A DNA stretch of 64,000 nucleotides. Origin: Eledone cirrhosa. Lineage: Eukaryota. Below, in pieces: positions 25,907 to 40,890 of this stretch; the stretch's first letter is position 1, and the number at the start of each line of letters is the position of its first letter. A program made the position numbers and the translations under genes. Where the stretch lies: assembly GCA_964016885.1 (NCBI GenBank), contig OZ024746.1:101556001-101620000 (forward strand), in the 5' to 3' direction. The notes below the pieces were generated by a model, which saw only the letters and a list, made by a program, of their open reading frames with translations, was not told the origin of the DNA and did no database searches.

Positions 25907-28185
25907 TCATCATCATCATCTTCGATTAACGTCCATCTTCCACGCTAGCATGGGTTAGATGGGAGTTGTCCCACTATAGGCAAGGTTGGTCGGGTAACCA
26001 TGTCTCGCTCATATAGGACTATCTGGCAGGTTTTCTACGGCTGGATGACCTTCCTAACACCAACCACATTTACAGAGTGGACTGGGAGGTTTTTACCGTG
26101 TTACCTACATGGCCACATTACAGCGTGGACTGTGTGTTTTTTTTTGTCGTGACACCTACACGATCTCAATCTCATTATCTCATTTATTTGGACTGGATGT
26201 TGTGGTACCAACTTTACAGAGAGAGGGTGGTGTTGCTGGGAGTGGGAGGATAGGGTAGAGTAGTGGATTGGGGTGTATATTTGGTTAAGAGGTGCCTACT
26301 GACTGTAGGTTTCGCTTTGTAGATAGGCAAGGTGGGTCTTCTGTATTACTGCAGAGCGCCAAAGATCTCGGTCCAGTGACATTGTCTTTGAGAGGTGCAA
26401 ATGTGTAAGGTCGGAATATATCAGATCGTCCCAGGTTTTTCTGGGTCTACTTACCCCGTAACTTCCAGCAATTTTGATCGCCCTGCACTTTTTTATACAG
26501 CTGTCGTCTTTCATGCACATCACGTGGCCATACCAACGTAGTCTTCTCTCAAGTAAACAGCATCTGATCCCTCTTATTCATAATTTCTCACTTAGTTCAT
26601 TTATGCTTTGCCGTTCACATATATTACTATTACACATCCAACGGAGCATGCATGCTTCATTCCTTTCCAGTCTGCGCAGGTCCTCTGCACACAATGCCCA
26701 TGTCTCACTGCCATGTAGCATTGCTGTTCATATACAGGCATCATACAATCTGCCTTTAATTTTTAGAGAGAAACCTTTTGTAGCCAACTGCGGTATAAGC
26801 TCTCTGAACTTTTTCCATCCTATTCTGACTCTGGCTACTGTACTTTCAGTGCACCCACCACCACTGCTGATTTTGTCACCCAGGTAATGGAAAGTGTCCA
26901 CTATTTCTATAGAACCATCTGGGCAATAGGAGCTAGTATCCTGTGGGCACTTGCTCCTTATTGCACCTGAGCATCGGCCACATATTATATCTACGTTCTT
27001 AGATAGTTTACCTGTGATCACACTACATCTTTTATGTACCCATAGTTTGCATTTGGGACATAAAATGGAATTTCTGCTTACTCCTTTCCTACACACTGAG
27101 CATGGCCATTTCCCTGAGGGCACAGGTGCCCTATTTTCCTTTCTACAAACTAGAACTTTAGTCTTAGACAAGTTAACTTTAAGGACTTTTGATTCTAGGC
27201 CATGCTTCCATGTTTGGAATTTCTTCTCTAGATTCAGCTATGAGAGTTAGATAATCTGTGTATAGAAGTCCCCATGGGCAGCCAGTCTTAAACTCCTCTG
27301 TTATAGCCTGAAGGGCAATAATAAATAGGAGGAGGCTAAGGACAGAGCCTTGATGAAGACCAACTTTTACACTAAATTCTTCACAATATTCATTGTTAAT
27401 TCTAACCTTACTGACTGTTTCTTTATACATGGCTTGTATAGCTCGCACAAGCCATTCATCTACACCTAGTTTTCTAAGAGCCCACCAGATAATGGAGTGG
27501 GGGACTCTGTCAAAGGCTTTCTCCAGCTCTACAAAAGCTAAGTAGAGGGGTTTACTTTTAGCTAGGTACTTCTCCTGTAGTTGACGTACAAGGAAAAGAG
27601 CATCAGTGGTATTTTTAACTCACACAAACCCAAACTGCATTTAATCTAGTAGTTAATGATGATGCTGCTACGCCAGTCTTTTGGTATGACCCCATTCTGT
27701 ATTGCTTGGTTAACTATACGGGTGACCATAGTGTGTCCCACCATTCCAGATGCCTTCAACATTTCAGCAACTATCTCTGAAGGCCCAGCTGCCTTGCTTG
27801 TCTTCATTTCTTTGATTGCTTTACTTATAATACTACCTTTAACTTGCACCGCTGGTCCCTCTATTGGATCAATTTGGAGCAGACCATCTTTTTCCCATTT
27901 ATTCTCCTCATTTAATAGTCTCTTGTAGTGACACTTCCAAGCTATCTTCTTATTATTATCAATGAGGGCAAGTACACCATCATCATTACGGACACACTTC
28001 TCCCCGACAATATCACGGTTTTCCTTGACACATTGTCTAGCAACCCTGAACACCTCACAATTTTGGTCCTCACGTTGTAGAACATGCTTGAACTTTCTAT
28101 CTTCTGCTTCCCTTTTTTCAAGGTTCACTTGTCTCCTAGCTTCTCTCCTGGTCACTTGATAGTGTTCTTTACTTCCCCCATCCTG
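25904..28185 (-). mobile_element. Degenerate RTE-LINE (RT domain, PHD-like Cys/His finger, C-terminus, 3' UTR, (CAT)n tail)
   Basis: KAAGPSEIVAEMLK, GLHQGSVLS, LLYTD, CSVC...CPKCKLWVHKRC, FHYLG and RPRKTW across frameshifted ORFs. Confidence 0.93.
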
Positions 28186-29523
28186 CCATATGCACATAAA
28201 TATTTTGACTAGCATGTAACAGTTTACATAGAATCTGCCAAGCTATGATTAGAATATGAAACAGCTAATGATGCTGAAAGAAATCCACTATAAAAAGAAA
28301 AAGAAATAACACTGAAGATAAGAAGAAAGAAATATTTGCTGCAAAACAAGGAATTAAACATGGAAAATACTGTAAACTATTAGCCTAGTAGGCCTACTGT
28401 CAATGCCTAAAGGGTAAAAACAAAAACATAGATCTTAGCATAGTTGCTATGAGAAAATCTGAGACCTGACGCTAACTATTTATTCTGGTCATGAGTATCT
28501 ATGCTAAATGATCTATCAATGTTATTCAGGTACCAAATATGAAAAGATTTTCATGTATTTTTTTATAAACGTGTGTGATTTAACTGATAGCAGGGTTTTT
28601 ATAGGAGTTCCTCTCACACACACTGAAACATGCACTTAGAATCTCCACAACACACAGACAGACATATACAGATTCACAATTAATGATATCATATAGATCT
28701 ATATTTCTAAAATGGTTTCTAAGTTTGGCACAAGGATAGTAATTTGGGGGAGAAAGGGTAGTCCATTATATGACCTCTAATGCTTGACTGGTATTTATTG
28801 ACTCCAGAAAGATGATATACAATGTTGACCATGCTGGGATTTGAACTCAGAATGAATACTACCAAACATGTTACCAGCCCCCTAACATCTCTGCCCATCC
28901 ATCACATTGAAAGTCATGCTGTTCTACTGTTTTGTCCACCATGACAACACCAAGAATCCTTCCATGAGTGCATGCAAGCATGGCAGAAAAGCATGGAAAA
29001 CTGCATAAGACTCCAGGGGGATTACTTTGAAGGAGAAAACTCTTAGTGTGAAGTTTGGGTCTGAAATAAATCTTTTGTTACATCAGTCCTGGAACTTTTC
29101 TGACCCACCTCGTATATATGTGTATGTATGTATGCAATTGTATATTTGTTATATGAGTATATGTAGAGAGCTGTATGTGAGTACATGAGTACCAGAGATA
29201 TGTAAGTTGCTATCTGTCTTGTTTTTCATGTCCGAACTGTAGCCCCCACCCTCACTACCTGTCAAGAACAGTATGACTTATAGCCTAGCGAACGCTTAAC
29301 GCAAGTGTGGCAGTGGAGGCAGGCAAACAGTCTTCCATGCATGAATGCACGCGACAACTTGACTGGATGAGAGATAGATGTTACTTTGTGGATAGACTGA
29401 TGATAGAGATGATAAAATAATGAACCAATAAGTGGACACAAAATATCACGTTAGAATGTGCTGAATATATCAACCGAGTGGAGAAATTCTCACACAGAAT
29501 CAGAGGCGAGATTGCTTACGGAG

Positions 29524-29615
29524 GCATATCTGAGGATTTTTCAATTCCAGAGTCAGGTTCAACCAATAATAGATCATTCCTTGAGCTGATTGACAGTGAA
29601 ACATATGTAATATGT
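29524..29615 (+). ncRNA. Hammerhead motif, CTGAGGA type
   Basis: gcatat-CTGAGGA-...ccagagtcaggtt...-GAAA-catatg-TA-atatgt. Homologous to 43138-43230, including downstream ctgattctttgtt. Confidence 0.7.
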
Positions 29616-29753
29616 TATTAAATATGTTATGATACAACACTGATTCTTTGTTCCTTTGTTCCTATACTATTATACTCTGCTCTGCATGAGCATCGACTGC
29701 TCACACGGCATAACAACTACGGACGCCATTTTTCTTGCAACCATACATACATT

Positions 29754-29788
<35 letters not shown>

Positions 29789-30479
29789 TGTGTATGTATG
29801 TGTGTATGTATGTGTGTGTGTGTAAGCTGTTAGTTACTGTAATACAAATATGTGGACACTTTCAGAAAATAGTATATATTAGTATACATTAGTATATATT
29901 AGTATATAATAGTATATATTAGTATATATCAGTATAGTGTCTGGATTAGTGTTACATGGCCTTTATTTCTTTCCTAATCATCCACAAGTATATACACTCT
30001 ATATACCCACAACTATATACAATCTATATACATAGAATTATTGTCTGTAACAAAATCAATCTGTTCTGTGTAATAGTTTGTTAAGACATTGATACATATA
30101 TTTACTTACTGAGAGCTTTAAACCTCAGTCCTGCAGTATAGTGCAGTCATATCAACTTACAATTTTGCTAATCAAATAGTTTTTCTGTAATAACAGTTGT
30201 AGGAGATTTACACACAAGAAAGCAGGGAAGTGGGAAAGACAGGTGGTTAAAATCACTGCTTACAACATTGAAAATCACTCCAGCCAAGTGTGGAAAAGCG
30301 GATGTAAAAACAAAGATGATAATGATGATATATAAATAGTTTTTGTATTTGTTTTGCAAGATTTCTTTATCTGAAAACCTGTGTTGAAACAGATATTGTT
30401 ATACTTCGGGAGGGTCATACTGCCAATAAAAACACATGCACCTGTTGAGTTTCACTTCAATTTATTATAATTTCCCAAT

Positions 30480-33400
30480 CATCCTGAATTGTCTAATCTT
30501 ATACACAAGAGTGGACCACTATATACCACTGAATTATCTGTTATACACCAGAGTGGACCACTATATACCACTGAATTATCTGTTATACACCAGAGTGGAC
30601 CACTATATACCACTGAATTATCTGTTATACACCAGAGTGGACCACTATATACCACTGAATTATCTGTTATACACCAGATTGGACCACTATATACCACTGA
30701 ATTATCTGTTATACACCAGAGTGGACCACTATATACCATACTGAATTATCTGTTATACACCAGAGTGGACCACTATATACCACTGAATTATCTGTTATAC
30801 ACCAGAGTGGACCACTATATACCATACTGAATTATCTGTTATACACCAGAGTGGACCACTATATACCACTGAATTATCTGTTATACACCAGAGTGGACCA
30901 CTATATACCACTGAATTATCTGTTATACACCAGAGTGGACCACTATATACCACTGAATAATCTGTTATACACCAGAGTGGACCACTATATACCACTGAAT
31001 AATCTGTTATACACCAGATTGGACCACTATATACCACTGAATTATCTGTTATACACCAGAGTGGACCACTATATACCATACTGAATTATCTGTTATACAC
31101 CAGAGTGGACCACTATATACCACTGAATTATCTGTTATACACCAGAGTGGACCACTATATACCATACTGAATTATCTGTTATAACCAGAGTGGACCACTA
31201 TACACCACTGAATTATCTGTTATACACCAGAGTGGACCACTATATACCACTGAATAATCTGTTATACACCAGATTGGACCACTATATACCACTGAATTAT
31301 CTGTTATACACCAGAGTGGACCACTATGTACCATACTGAATTATCTGTTATACACCAGAGTGGACCACTATATACCATATTGAATTATCTGTTATATACC
31401 AGAGTGGACCACTATATACCACTGAATTATCTGTTATACACCAGAGTGGACCACTATATACCATACTGAATTATCTGTTATACACCAGAGTGGACCACTA
31501 TATACCATACTGAATTATCTGTTATATACCAGAGTGGACCACTATATACCACAGAATTATCTGTTATACACCAGAGTGGACCACTATATACCACTGAATT
31601 ATCTGTTATACACCAGAGTGGACCACTATATACCACTGAATTATCTGTTATGCACCAGAGTGGACCACTATATACCATACTGAATTATCTGTTATACACC
31701 AGAGTGGACCACTATATACCACTGAATTATCTGTTATACACCAGAGTGGACCACTATATACCACTGAATTATCTGTTATACACCAGAGTGGACCACTATA
31801 TACGATACTGAATTATCTGTTATACACCAGAGTAGACCACTATATACCACTGAATTATCTGTTATGCACCAGAGTGGACCACTATATACCATACTGAATT
31901 ATCTGTTATACACCAGAGTGGACCACTATATACCACTGAATTATCTGTTATACACCAGAGTGGACCACTATATACCACTGAATTATCTGTTATACACCAG
32001 AGTGGACCACTATATACCACTGAATTATCTGTTATGCACCAGAGTGGACCACTATATACCATACTGAATTATCTGTTATACACCAGAGTGGACCACTGTA
32101 TACCATACTGAATTATCTGTTATACATCAGAGTGGACCACTATATACCACTGAATTATCTGTTATACACCAGAGTGGACCACTATATACCATACTGAATT
32201 ATCTGTTATACACCAGAGTGGACCACTATATACCATACTGAATTATCTGTTATACACCAGAGTGGACCACTATATACCACTGAATTATCTGTTATACACC
32301 AGAGTGGACCACTATATACCACTGAATTATCTGTTATATACCAGAGTGGACCACTATATACCATACTGAATTATCTGTTATACACCAGATTGGACCAGTA
32401 TATACCAGTGAATTATCTGTTATACACCAGAGTGGTCCACTATATACCATACTGAATTATCTGTTATATACCAGAGTGGACCACTATATACCACTGAATT
32501 ATCTGTTATACACCAGAGTTGACCACTATATACCATACTGAATTATCTGTTATATACCAGAGTGGACCACTATATACCACTGAATTATCTGTTATACACC
32601 AGAGTGGACCACTATATACCACTGAATTATCTGTTATACACCAGAGTGGACCACTATATACCATACTGAATTATCTGTTATACACCAGAGTGGACCACTG
32701 TATACCATACTGAATTATCTGTTATACATCAGAGTGGACCACTCTATATCACTGAATTATCTGTTATACACCAGAGTGGACCACTATATACCATACTGAA
32801 TTATCTGTTATACACCAGAGTGGACCACTATATACCATACTGAATTATCTGTTATACACCAGAGTGGACCACTATATACCACTGAATTATTTGTTATACA
32901 CCAGTGTGGACCACTATATACCACTGAATTATCTGTTATATACCAGAGTGGACCACTATATACCACTGAATTATCTGTTATACACCAGAGTGGACCACTA
33001 TATACCATACTGAATTATCTGTTATATACCAGAGTGGACCACTATGTACCATACTGAATTATCTGTTATACACGAGAGTGGACCACTATATACCATATTG
33101 AATTATCTGTTATATACCAGAGTGGACCACTATATACCACTGAATTATCCGTTATACACCAGAGTGGACCACTATATACCACACTGAATTATCTGTTATA
33201 TACCAGAGTGGACCACTATATACCATCCTGAATTATCTGTTATACACCAGAGTGGACCACTATATACCACTGAATTATCTGTTATACACCAGAGTGGACC
33301 ACTATATACCACTGAATAATCTGTTATACACCAGATTGGACCACTATATACCACTGAATTATCTGTTATACACCAGAGTGGACCACTATATACCACTGAA

Positions 33401-35546
33401 TTATCTGTTATACACCAGAGTGGACCACTATATACCACTGAATAATCTGTTATACACCAGATTGGACCACTATATACCACTGAATTATCTGTTATACACC
33501 AGAGTGGACCACTATATACCATACTGAATTATCTGTTATATACCAGAGTGGACCACTATATACCACTGAATTATCTGTTATACACCAGAGTGGACCACTA
33601 TATACCATACTTAATTATCTGTTATATACCAGAGTGGACCACTATATACCACTGAATTATCTGTTATACACCAGAGTGGACCACTATATACCACTGAATT
33701 ATCTGTTATACACCAGAGTGGACCACTATATACCATACTGAATTATCTGTTATACACCAGAGTGGACCACTATATACCATACTGAATTATCTGTTATACA
33801 CCAGAGTGGACCACTATATACCACTGAATTATCTATTATACACCAGAGTGGACCACTATATACCACTGAATTATCTGTTATACACCAGAGTGGACCGCTA
33901 TATACCACTGCATTATCTGTTATACACCAGAGTGGACCACTATATACCACTGAATTATCTGTTATATACCAGAGTGGACCACTATATACCATCCTGAATT
34001 GTCTAATCTTATACACCAGAGTGGACCACTATATACCATACTGAATTATCTGTTATACACCAGAGTGGACCACTATATACCACTGAATTATCTGTTATAC
34101 ACCAGAGTGGACCACTATATACCACTGAATTATCTGTTATACACCAGAGTGGACCACTATATACCATACTGAATTATCTGTTATATACCAGAGTGGACCA
34201 CTATATACCATCATGAATTATCTGTTATATACCAGAGTGGACCACTATATACTACTGAATTATCTGTTATACACCAGAGTGGACCACATTATACCATATT
34301 GAATTATCTGTTATACACCAGAGTGGACCACTATATACCATACTCAATTATCTGTTATACACCAGAGTGGACCACTATATACCATACTGAATTATCTGTT
34401 ATATACCAGAGTGGACCACTATATACCATCCTGAATTATCTGTTATACACCAGAGTGGACCACTATATACCATACTGAATTATCTGTTATATACCAGAGT
34501 GGACCACTATATACCACTGAATTATCTGTTATACACCAGAGTGGACCACTATATACGATACTGAATTATCTGTTATATACCAGAGTGGACCACTATATTC
34601 CATACTGAATTATCTGTTATATACCAGAGTGGACCACTATATACCACTGAATTATCTGTTATACACCAGAGTGGACCACTATATACTACTGAATTATCTG
34701 TTATACACCAGAGTGGACCACTATATACCATCCTGAATTATCTGTTATACACCAGAGTGGACCACTACATACCATACTGAATTATCTGTTATACACCAGA
34801 GTGGACCACTATGTACCATACTGAATTATCTGTTATACACCAGAGTGGACCACTATATACCATACTGAATTATCTGTTATACACCAGAGTGGACCACTAT
34901 ATACCACTGAATTATCTGTTATACACCAGAGTGGACCACTATATACCATACTGAATTATCTGTTATACACCAGAGTGGACCACTATATACCATACTGAAT
35001 TATCTGTTATACACCAGAGTGGACCACTATATACCATACTGAATTATCTGTTATACACCAGAGTGGACCACTATATGCCATACTGAATTATCTGTTATAC
35101 ACCAGAGTGGACCACTATATACCATATTGAATTATCTGTTATATACCAGAGTGGACCACTATATACCACTGAATTATCTGTTATACACCAGAGTGGACCA
35201 CTATATACCATACTGAATTATCTGTTATACACCAGAGTGGACCACTATATACCATACTGAATTATCTGTTATACACCAGAGTGGACCACTATATACCACT
35301 GAATTATCTGTTATACACCAGAGTGGACCACTATATACCATACTGAATTATCTGTTATACAACAGAGTGGACCACTATATACCACTGAATTATCTGTTAT
35401 ACACCAGAGTGGACCACTATATACCACTGAATTATCTGTTATACACCAGAGTGGACCACTATATACCACTGAATTATCTGTTATACACCAGAGTGGACCA
35501 CTATATACCACTGAATTATCTGTTATATACCAGAGTGGACCACTAT
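30480..35546. repeat. 42/44-bp satellite array (~5 kb)
   Basis: Unit ttatacaccagagtggaccactatatacca(ta)ctgaattatctg with internal palindrome agtggaccact. Confidence 0.99.
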
Positions 35547-35659
35547 GAAATAATTCTTATAGACCCTGCAACCTTTTCTCATGGTAAAGGAAAAAAATGA
35601 AACATTAAAAGGATAGGTTTTGGTGGCTGCATGTATGAAATCTAAATTTAATGGACATA

Positions 35660-38600
35660 TTGTTGTATAGTTGTATAGTTTATGACATAGTTGTATAGTT
35701 TATGACATATGGTTGTATAGTTTATGACATTGTTGTATAGTTTATGACATTGTTGTATAGTTTATGACATTGTTGTATAGTTTATGACATATGGTTGTAT
35801 AGTTTATGACATATAGTTGTATAGTTTATGACATTGTTGTATAGTTTATGACATATGGTTGTATAGTTTATGACATAGTTGTATCGTTTATGACATATAG
35901 TTGTATAGTTTATGACATTGTTGTATAGTTTATGACATTGTTGTATAGTTTATGACATATAGTTGTATAGTTTATGACATATAGTTGTATAGTTTATGAC
36001 ATTGTTGTATAGTTTATGACATAGTTGTATAGTTTATGACATATAGTTGTATAGTTTATGACTTTGTTGTATAGTTTATGACATTGTTGTATAGATTACG
36101 ACATTGTTGTATAGTTTATGACATTGTTGTATAGTTTATGACATTGTTGTATAGTTTATGACATATGGTTGTATAGTTTATGACATATAGTTGTATAGTT
36201 TATGACATATAGTTGTATAGTTTATGACATTGTTGTATAGTTTATGACTTATGGTTGTATAGTTTAAGACATATAGTTGTATAGTTTATGACATATAGTT
36301 GTATAGTTTATGACATTGTTGTATAGTTTATGACATTGTTGTATAGTTTATGACATTGTTGTATAGTTTATGACATATAGTTGTATAGTTTAGGACATTG
36401 TTGTATAGTTTATGACATTGTTGTATAGTTTATGACACATAGTTGTATAGTTTATGACGTATAGTTGTATAGTTTATGACATATAGTGTATAGTTTATGA
36501 CGTATAGTTGTATAGTTTATGACATATAGTTGTATAGTTTGACATATGGTTGTATAGTTTATGACATTGTTGTATAGTTTATGACATATGGTTGTATTGT
36601 TTATGACATAGTTGTATAGTTTATGACATATGGTTGTATAGTTTATGACAGTTGTATAGTTTATGACATATAGTTGTATCGTTTATGACATATGCTTGTA
36701 TAGTTTATGACATTGTTGTATAGTTTATGACATAGTTGTATAGTTTGACATATCTTTGTATAGTTTATGACATATAGTTGTATAGTTTATGACATATGGT
36801 TGTATAGTTTATGACATTGTTGTATAGTTTATGACATAGTTGTATAGTTTATGACATAGTTGTATAGTTTATGACATATAGTTCTATAGTTTATGACATA
36901 TAGTTGTATAGTCTATGACATATAGTTGTATAGTTTATGATATTGTTGTATAGTTTATGACATATGCTTGTATAGTTTATAACGTATTGTTGTATAGTTT
37001 ATGACATATAGTTGTATAGCTTATGACATATAGTTGTATAGTTTATGATAATGTTGTTTAGTTTATGACATATGCTTGTATAGTTTATGACATATTGTTG
37101 TATAGTTTGACATTGTTGTATAGTTTATGACATATTGTTGTATAGTTTATGACATATAGTTGTATAGTTTATGACATATAGTTTTATAGTTTAGGACATT
37201 GTTGTATAGTTTATGATATTGTTGTATAGTTTATGACATATGGTTGTATAGTTTATGACATATAGTTGTATAGTTTATGACATATAGTTGTATAGTTTAG
37301 GACATTGTTGTATAGTTTATGACATATAGTTGTATAGTTTATGACATATAGTTGTATAGTTTATGACATATTGTTGTATAGTTTATGACATATTCTTGTA
37401 TAGTTTATGACATATAGTTGTATAGTTTATGAGATTGTTGTATAGTTTATGACATAGTTGTATAGTTTATGACTTATAGTTGTATAGTTTATGACATATT
37501 GTTGTATACTTTATGACATATGCTTGTATAGTTTATGACATAGTTGTATAGTTTATGACATATGGTTGTATAATTTATGACATTGTTGTATAGTTTATGA
37601 CATATGGTTGTATAGTTTATGACATATAGTTGTATAGTTTATGACATAGTTGTATAGTTTATGACATTGTTGTATAGTTTATGACATATGGCTGTATAGT
37701 TTATGATATTGTTGTATAATTTATGACATATAGTTGTATAGTTTATGACATATGGCTGTATAGTTTATGATATTCTTGTATAGTTTATGACATATAGTTG
37801 TATAGTTTATGACATATGGCTGTATAGTTTATATTGTTGTATAGTTTAAGACATATTGTTGTGTAGTTTATGACATATAGTTGTATAGTTTGACATATAG
37901 TTGTATAGTTTATGACATATAGTTGTATAGTTTATGGCATATGGTTGTATAGTTTATGAGATATGGTTGTATAGTTTGACATATAGTTGTATAGTTTATG
38001 ACATTGTTGTATAGTTAATGACATATAGTTGTATAGTTTATGACATTGTTGTATAGTTTGACATATAGTTGTATAGTTTATGACATTGTTGTATAGTTTA
38101 TGACATATAGTTGTATAGTTTATGACATATAGTTGTATAGTTTATGATATTGTTGTATAGTTTATGACATATGGTTGTATAGTTTATGACATTGTTGTAT
38201 AGTTTATGACATAGTTGTATAGTTTATGACTTATAGTCGTATAGTTTATGACATATTGTATCGTTTATGACATATGCTTGTATAGTTTATGACATAGTTG
38301 TATAGTTTATGACATATGGTTGTATAATTTATGACATTGTTGTATAGTTTATGACATATGGTTGTATAGTTTGACATTGTTGTATAGTTTATGACATATT
38401 GTTGTATAGTTTATGACATATAGTTGTATAGTTTATGACATATAGTTTTATAGTTTAGGACATTGTTGTATAGTTTATGATATTGTTGTATAGTTTATGA
38501 CATATGGTTGTATAGTTTATGACATATAGTTGTATAGTTTATGACATATAGTTGTATAGTTTAGGACATTGTTGTATAGTTTATGACATATAGTTGTATA

Positions 38601-40000
38601 GTTTATGACATATAGTTGTATAGTTTATGACATATTGTTGTATAGTTTATGACATATTCTTGTATAGTTTATGACATATAGTTGTATAGTTTATGAGATT
38701 GTTGTATAGTTTATGACATAGTTGTATAGTTTATGACTTATAGTTGTATAGTTTATGACATATTGTTGTATACTTTATGACATATGCTTGTATAGTTTAT
38801 GACATAGTTGTATAGTTTATGACATATGGTTGTATAATTTATGACATTGTTGTATAGTTTATGACATATGGTTGTATAGTTTATGACATATAGTTGTATA
38901 GTTTATGACATAGTTGTATAGTTTATGACATTGTTGTATAGTTTATGACATATGGCTGTATAGTTTATGATATTGTTGTATAATTTATGACATATAGTTG
39001 TATAGTTTATGACATTGTTGTATAGTTTATGACATATGGCTGTATAGTTTATGATATTCTTGTATAGTTTATGACATATAGTTGTATAGTTTATGACATA
39101 TGGCTGTATAGTTTATATTGTTGTATAGTTTAAGACATATTGTTGTGTAGTTTATGACATATAGTTGTATAGTTTGACATATAGTTGTATAGTTTATGAC
39201 ATATAGTTGTATAGTTTATGGCATATGGTTGTATAGTTTATGAGATATGGTTGTATAGTTTGACATATAGTTGTATAGTTTATGACATTGTTGTATAGTT
39301 TATGACATATAGTTGTATAGTTTATGACATTGTTGTATAGTTTGACATATAGTTGTATAGTTTATGACATTGTTGTATAGTTTATGACATATAGTTGTAT
39401 AGTTTATGACATATAGTTGTATAGTTTATGATATTGTTGTATAGTTTATGACATATGGTTGTATAGTTTATGACATTGTTGTATAGTTTATGACATAGTT
39501 GTATAGTTTATGACTTATAGTCGTATAGTTTATGACATATTGTATCGTTTATGACATATGCTTGTATAGTTTATGACATAGTTGTATAGTTTATGACATA
39601 TGGTTGTATAATTTATGACATTGTTGTATAGTTTATGACATATGGTTGTATAGTTTATGACATATAGTTGTATAGCTTATGACATATAGTTGTATAGTTT
39701 ATGACATTGTTGTATAGTTTATGACATATGGCTATATAGTTTATGATATTGTTGTATAGTTTATGACATATAGTTGTATAGTTTATGACATTGTTGTATA
39801 GTTTATGACATATGGCTGTATAGTTTATGATATTGTTGTATAGTTTATGACATATAGTTGTATAGTTTATGACATTGTTGTATAGTTTATGACATATGGC
39901 TGTATAGTTTATGATATTGTTGTATAGTTTATGACATATTGTTGTATAGTTTATGATATTGCTCTATAGCTTATGACATATAGTTGAATAGTTTATATTG
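35660..40000. repeat. 20/22-bp satellite array (~4.3 kb)
   Basis: Unit gttgtatagtttatgacat(t/ata/atg). Confidence 0.99.
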
Positions 40001-40583
40001 TGCGAGAGGTCTACATTATTTTCTGTTGATGTACACATTGTGGAGAGATCTAGATTATTTACCTAATACAGCTACTTAATATTCATGAACTGGAGAGGAA
40101 ATAGTATTTTAAACTAGAGTATTAGTAGGAGCATGTATTGAATGATTTCAAAGTATTTTAATGAATAGATATTTGAATGGTTCCCTGTGAATAAAGATAA
40201 ATCTTTCACAAAAATAAGCTTGATTAATTTTAGACTGTTTATCCAGAAGTTATGAAGTAATGGTTGGAATTGTTCTGTAGCCCTGTCATAGTAGCTTTTT
40301 ATTTTTCTAATCTAATTAAAAAAGTGAAGTCTAAACGTACAACATATGGCAATTCTATTGGGTAATTTGTAAGAAATATCAGATTCAATTTAGTTTCTGC
40401 TAAGAGATATGATGTTACAACTCATTACTATAAACATTCCTCAAATTTAGCAGCAATATTTTTTTCCCCTCAATAGACTCTATTTTTTCTATCACATTAT
40501 AAAGTCCCTTCCATTTCCTCCTACAATTCTATACATTATTTTAATTTGCCTGTAACAAAATTGTTTGGCAAAAATGAACATAC

Positions 40584-40635
40584 CAGTAATAATCACAGCC
40601 CCAAGCCACAACTTAAAATGAAGACATATTTTCTT
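40584..40635 (-). CDS. Candidate exon (KKICLHFKLWLGAVIIT)
   Basis: ttttttgaactttag acceptor, ctg|gtatgt donor, only one open frame. Linkage to the downstream exons is not established. Confidence 0.3.
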
Positions 40636-40744
40636 CTAAAGTTCAAAAAAAGTTGATAGCTAAATTTTCAATTAACACAAATAGAATGTTTAATCCCAGG
40701 TTAGCTTATAACCAAAGATGTTCCAGCTGTGACCACACTATCTT

Positions 40745-40890
40745 TATATGTATGTATGTGTGTGTGTGAGTGTGTGTGTGTGTGTGAGTGTGTGTGTGAG
40801 TAGGTGTGTGTGTGAGTGTGTGAGTGTGTGTGTGTGTATGTGTGTGTGTGTGAGAGTGTGTGTGCGTGCGCGCGCACATGTGCGCGTTTG
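40745..40890. repeat. (TG)n microsatellite
   Basis: Direct observation. Confidence 0.95.

Noticed and set aside
30110-30184. Micro-exons with gtaagt donors on the minus strand
   Set aside because: Two competing 21-24 nt candidates lie only 30 nt apart, and sequence alone cannot support either.
30436-35600. Repetitive ORFs or a CRISPR-like array with palindromic repeats
   Set aside because: Head-to-tail satellite with no unique spacers and no cas genes, in a eukaryotic context.
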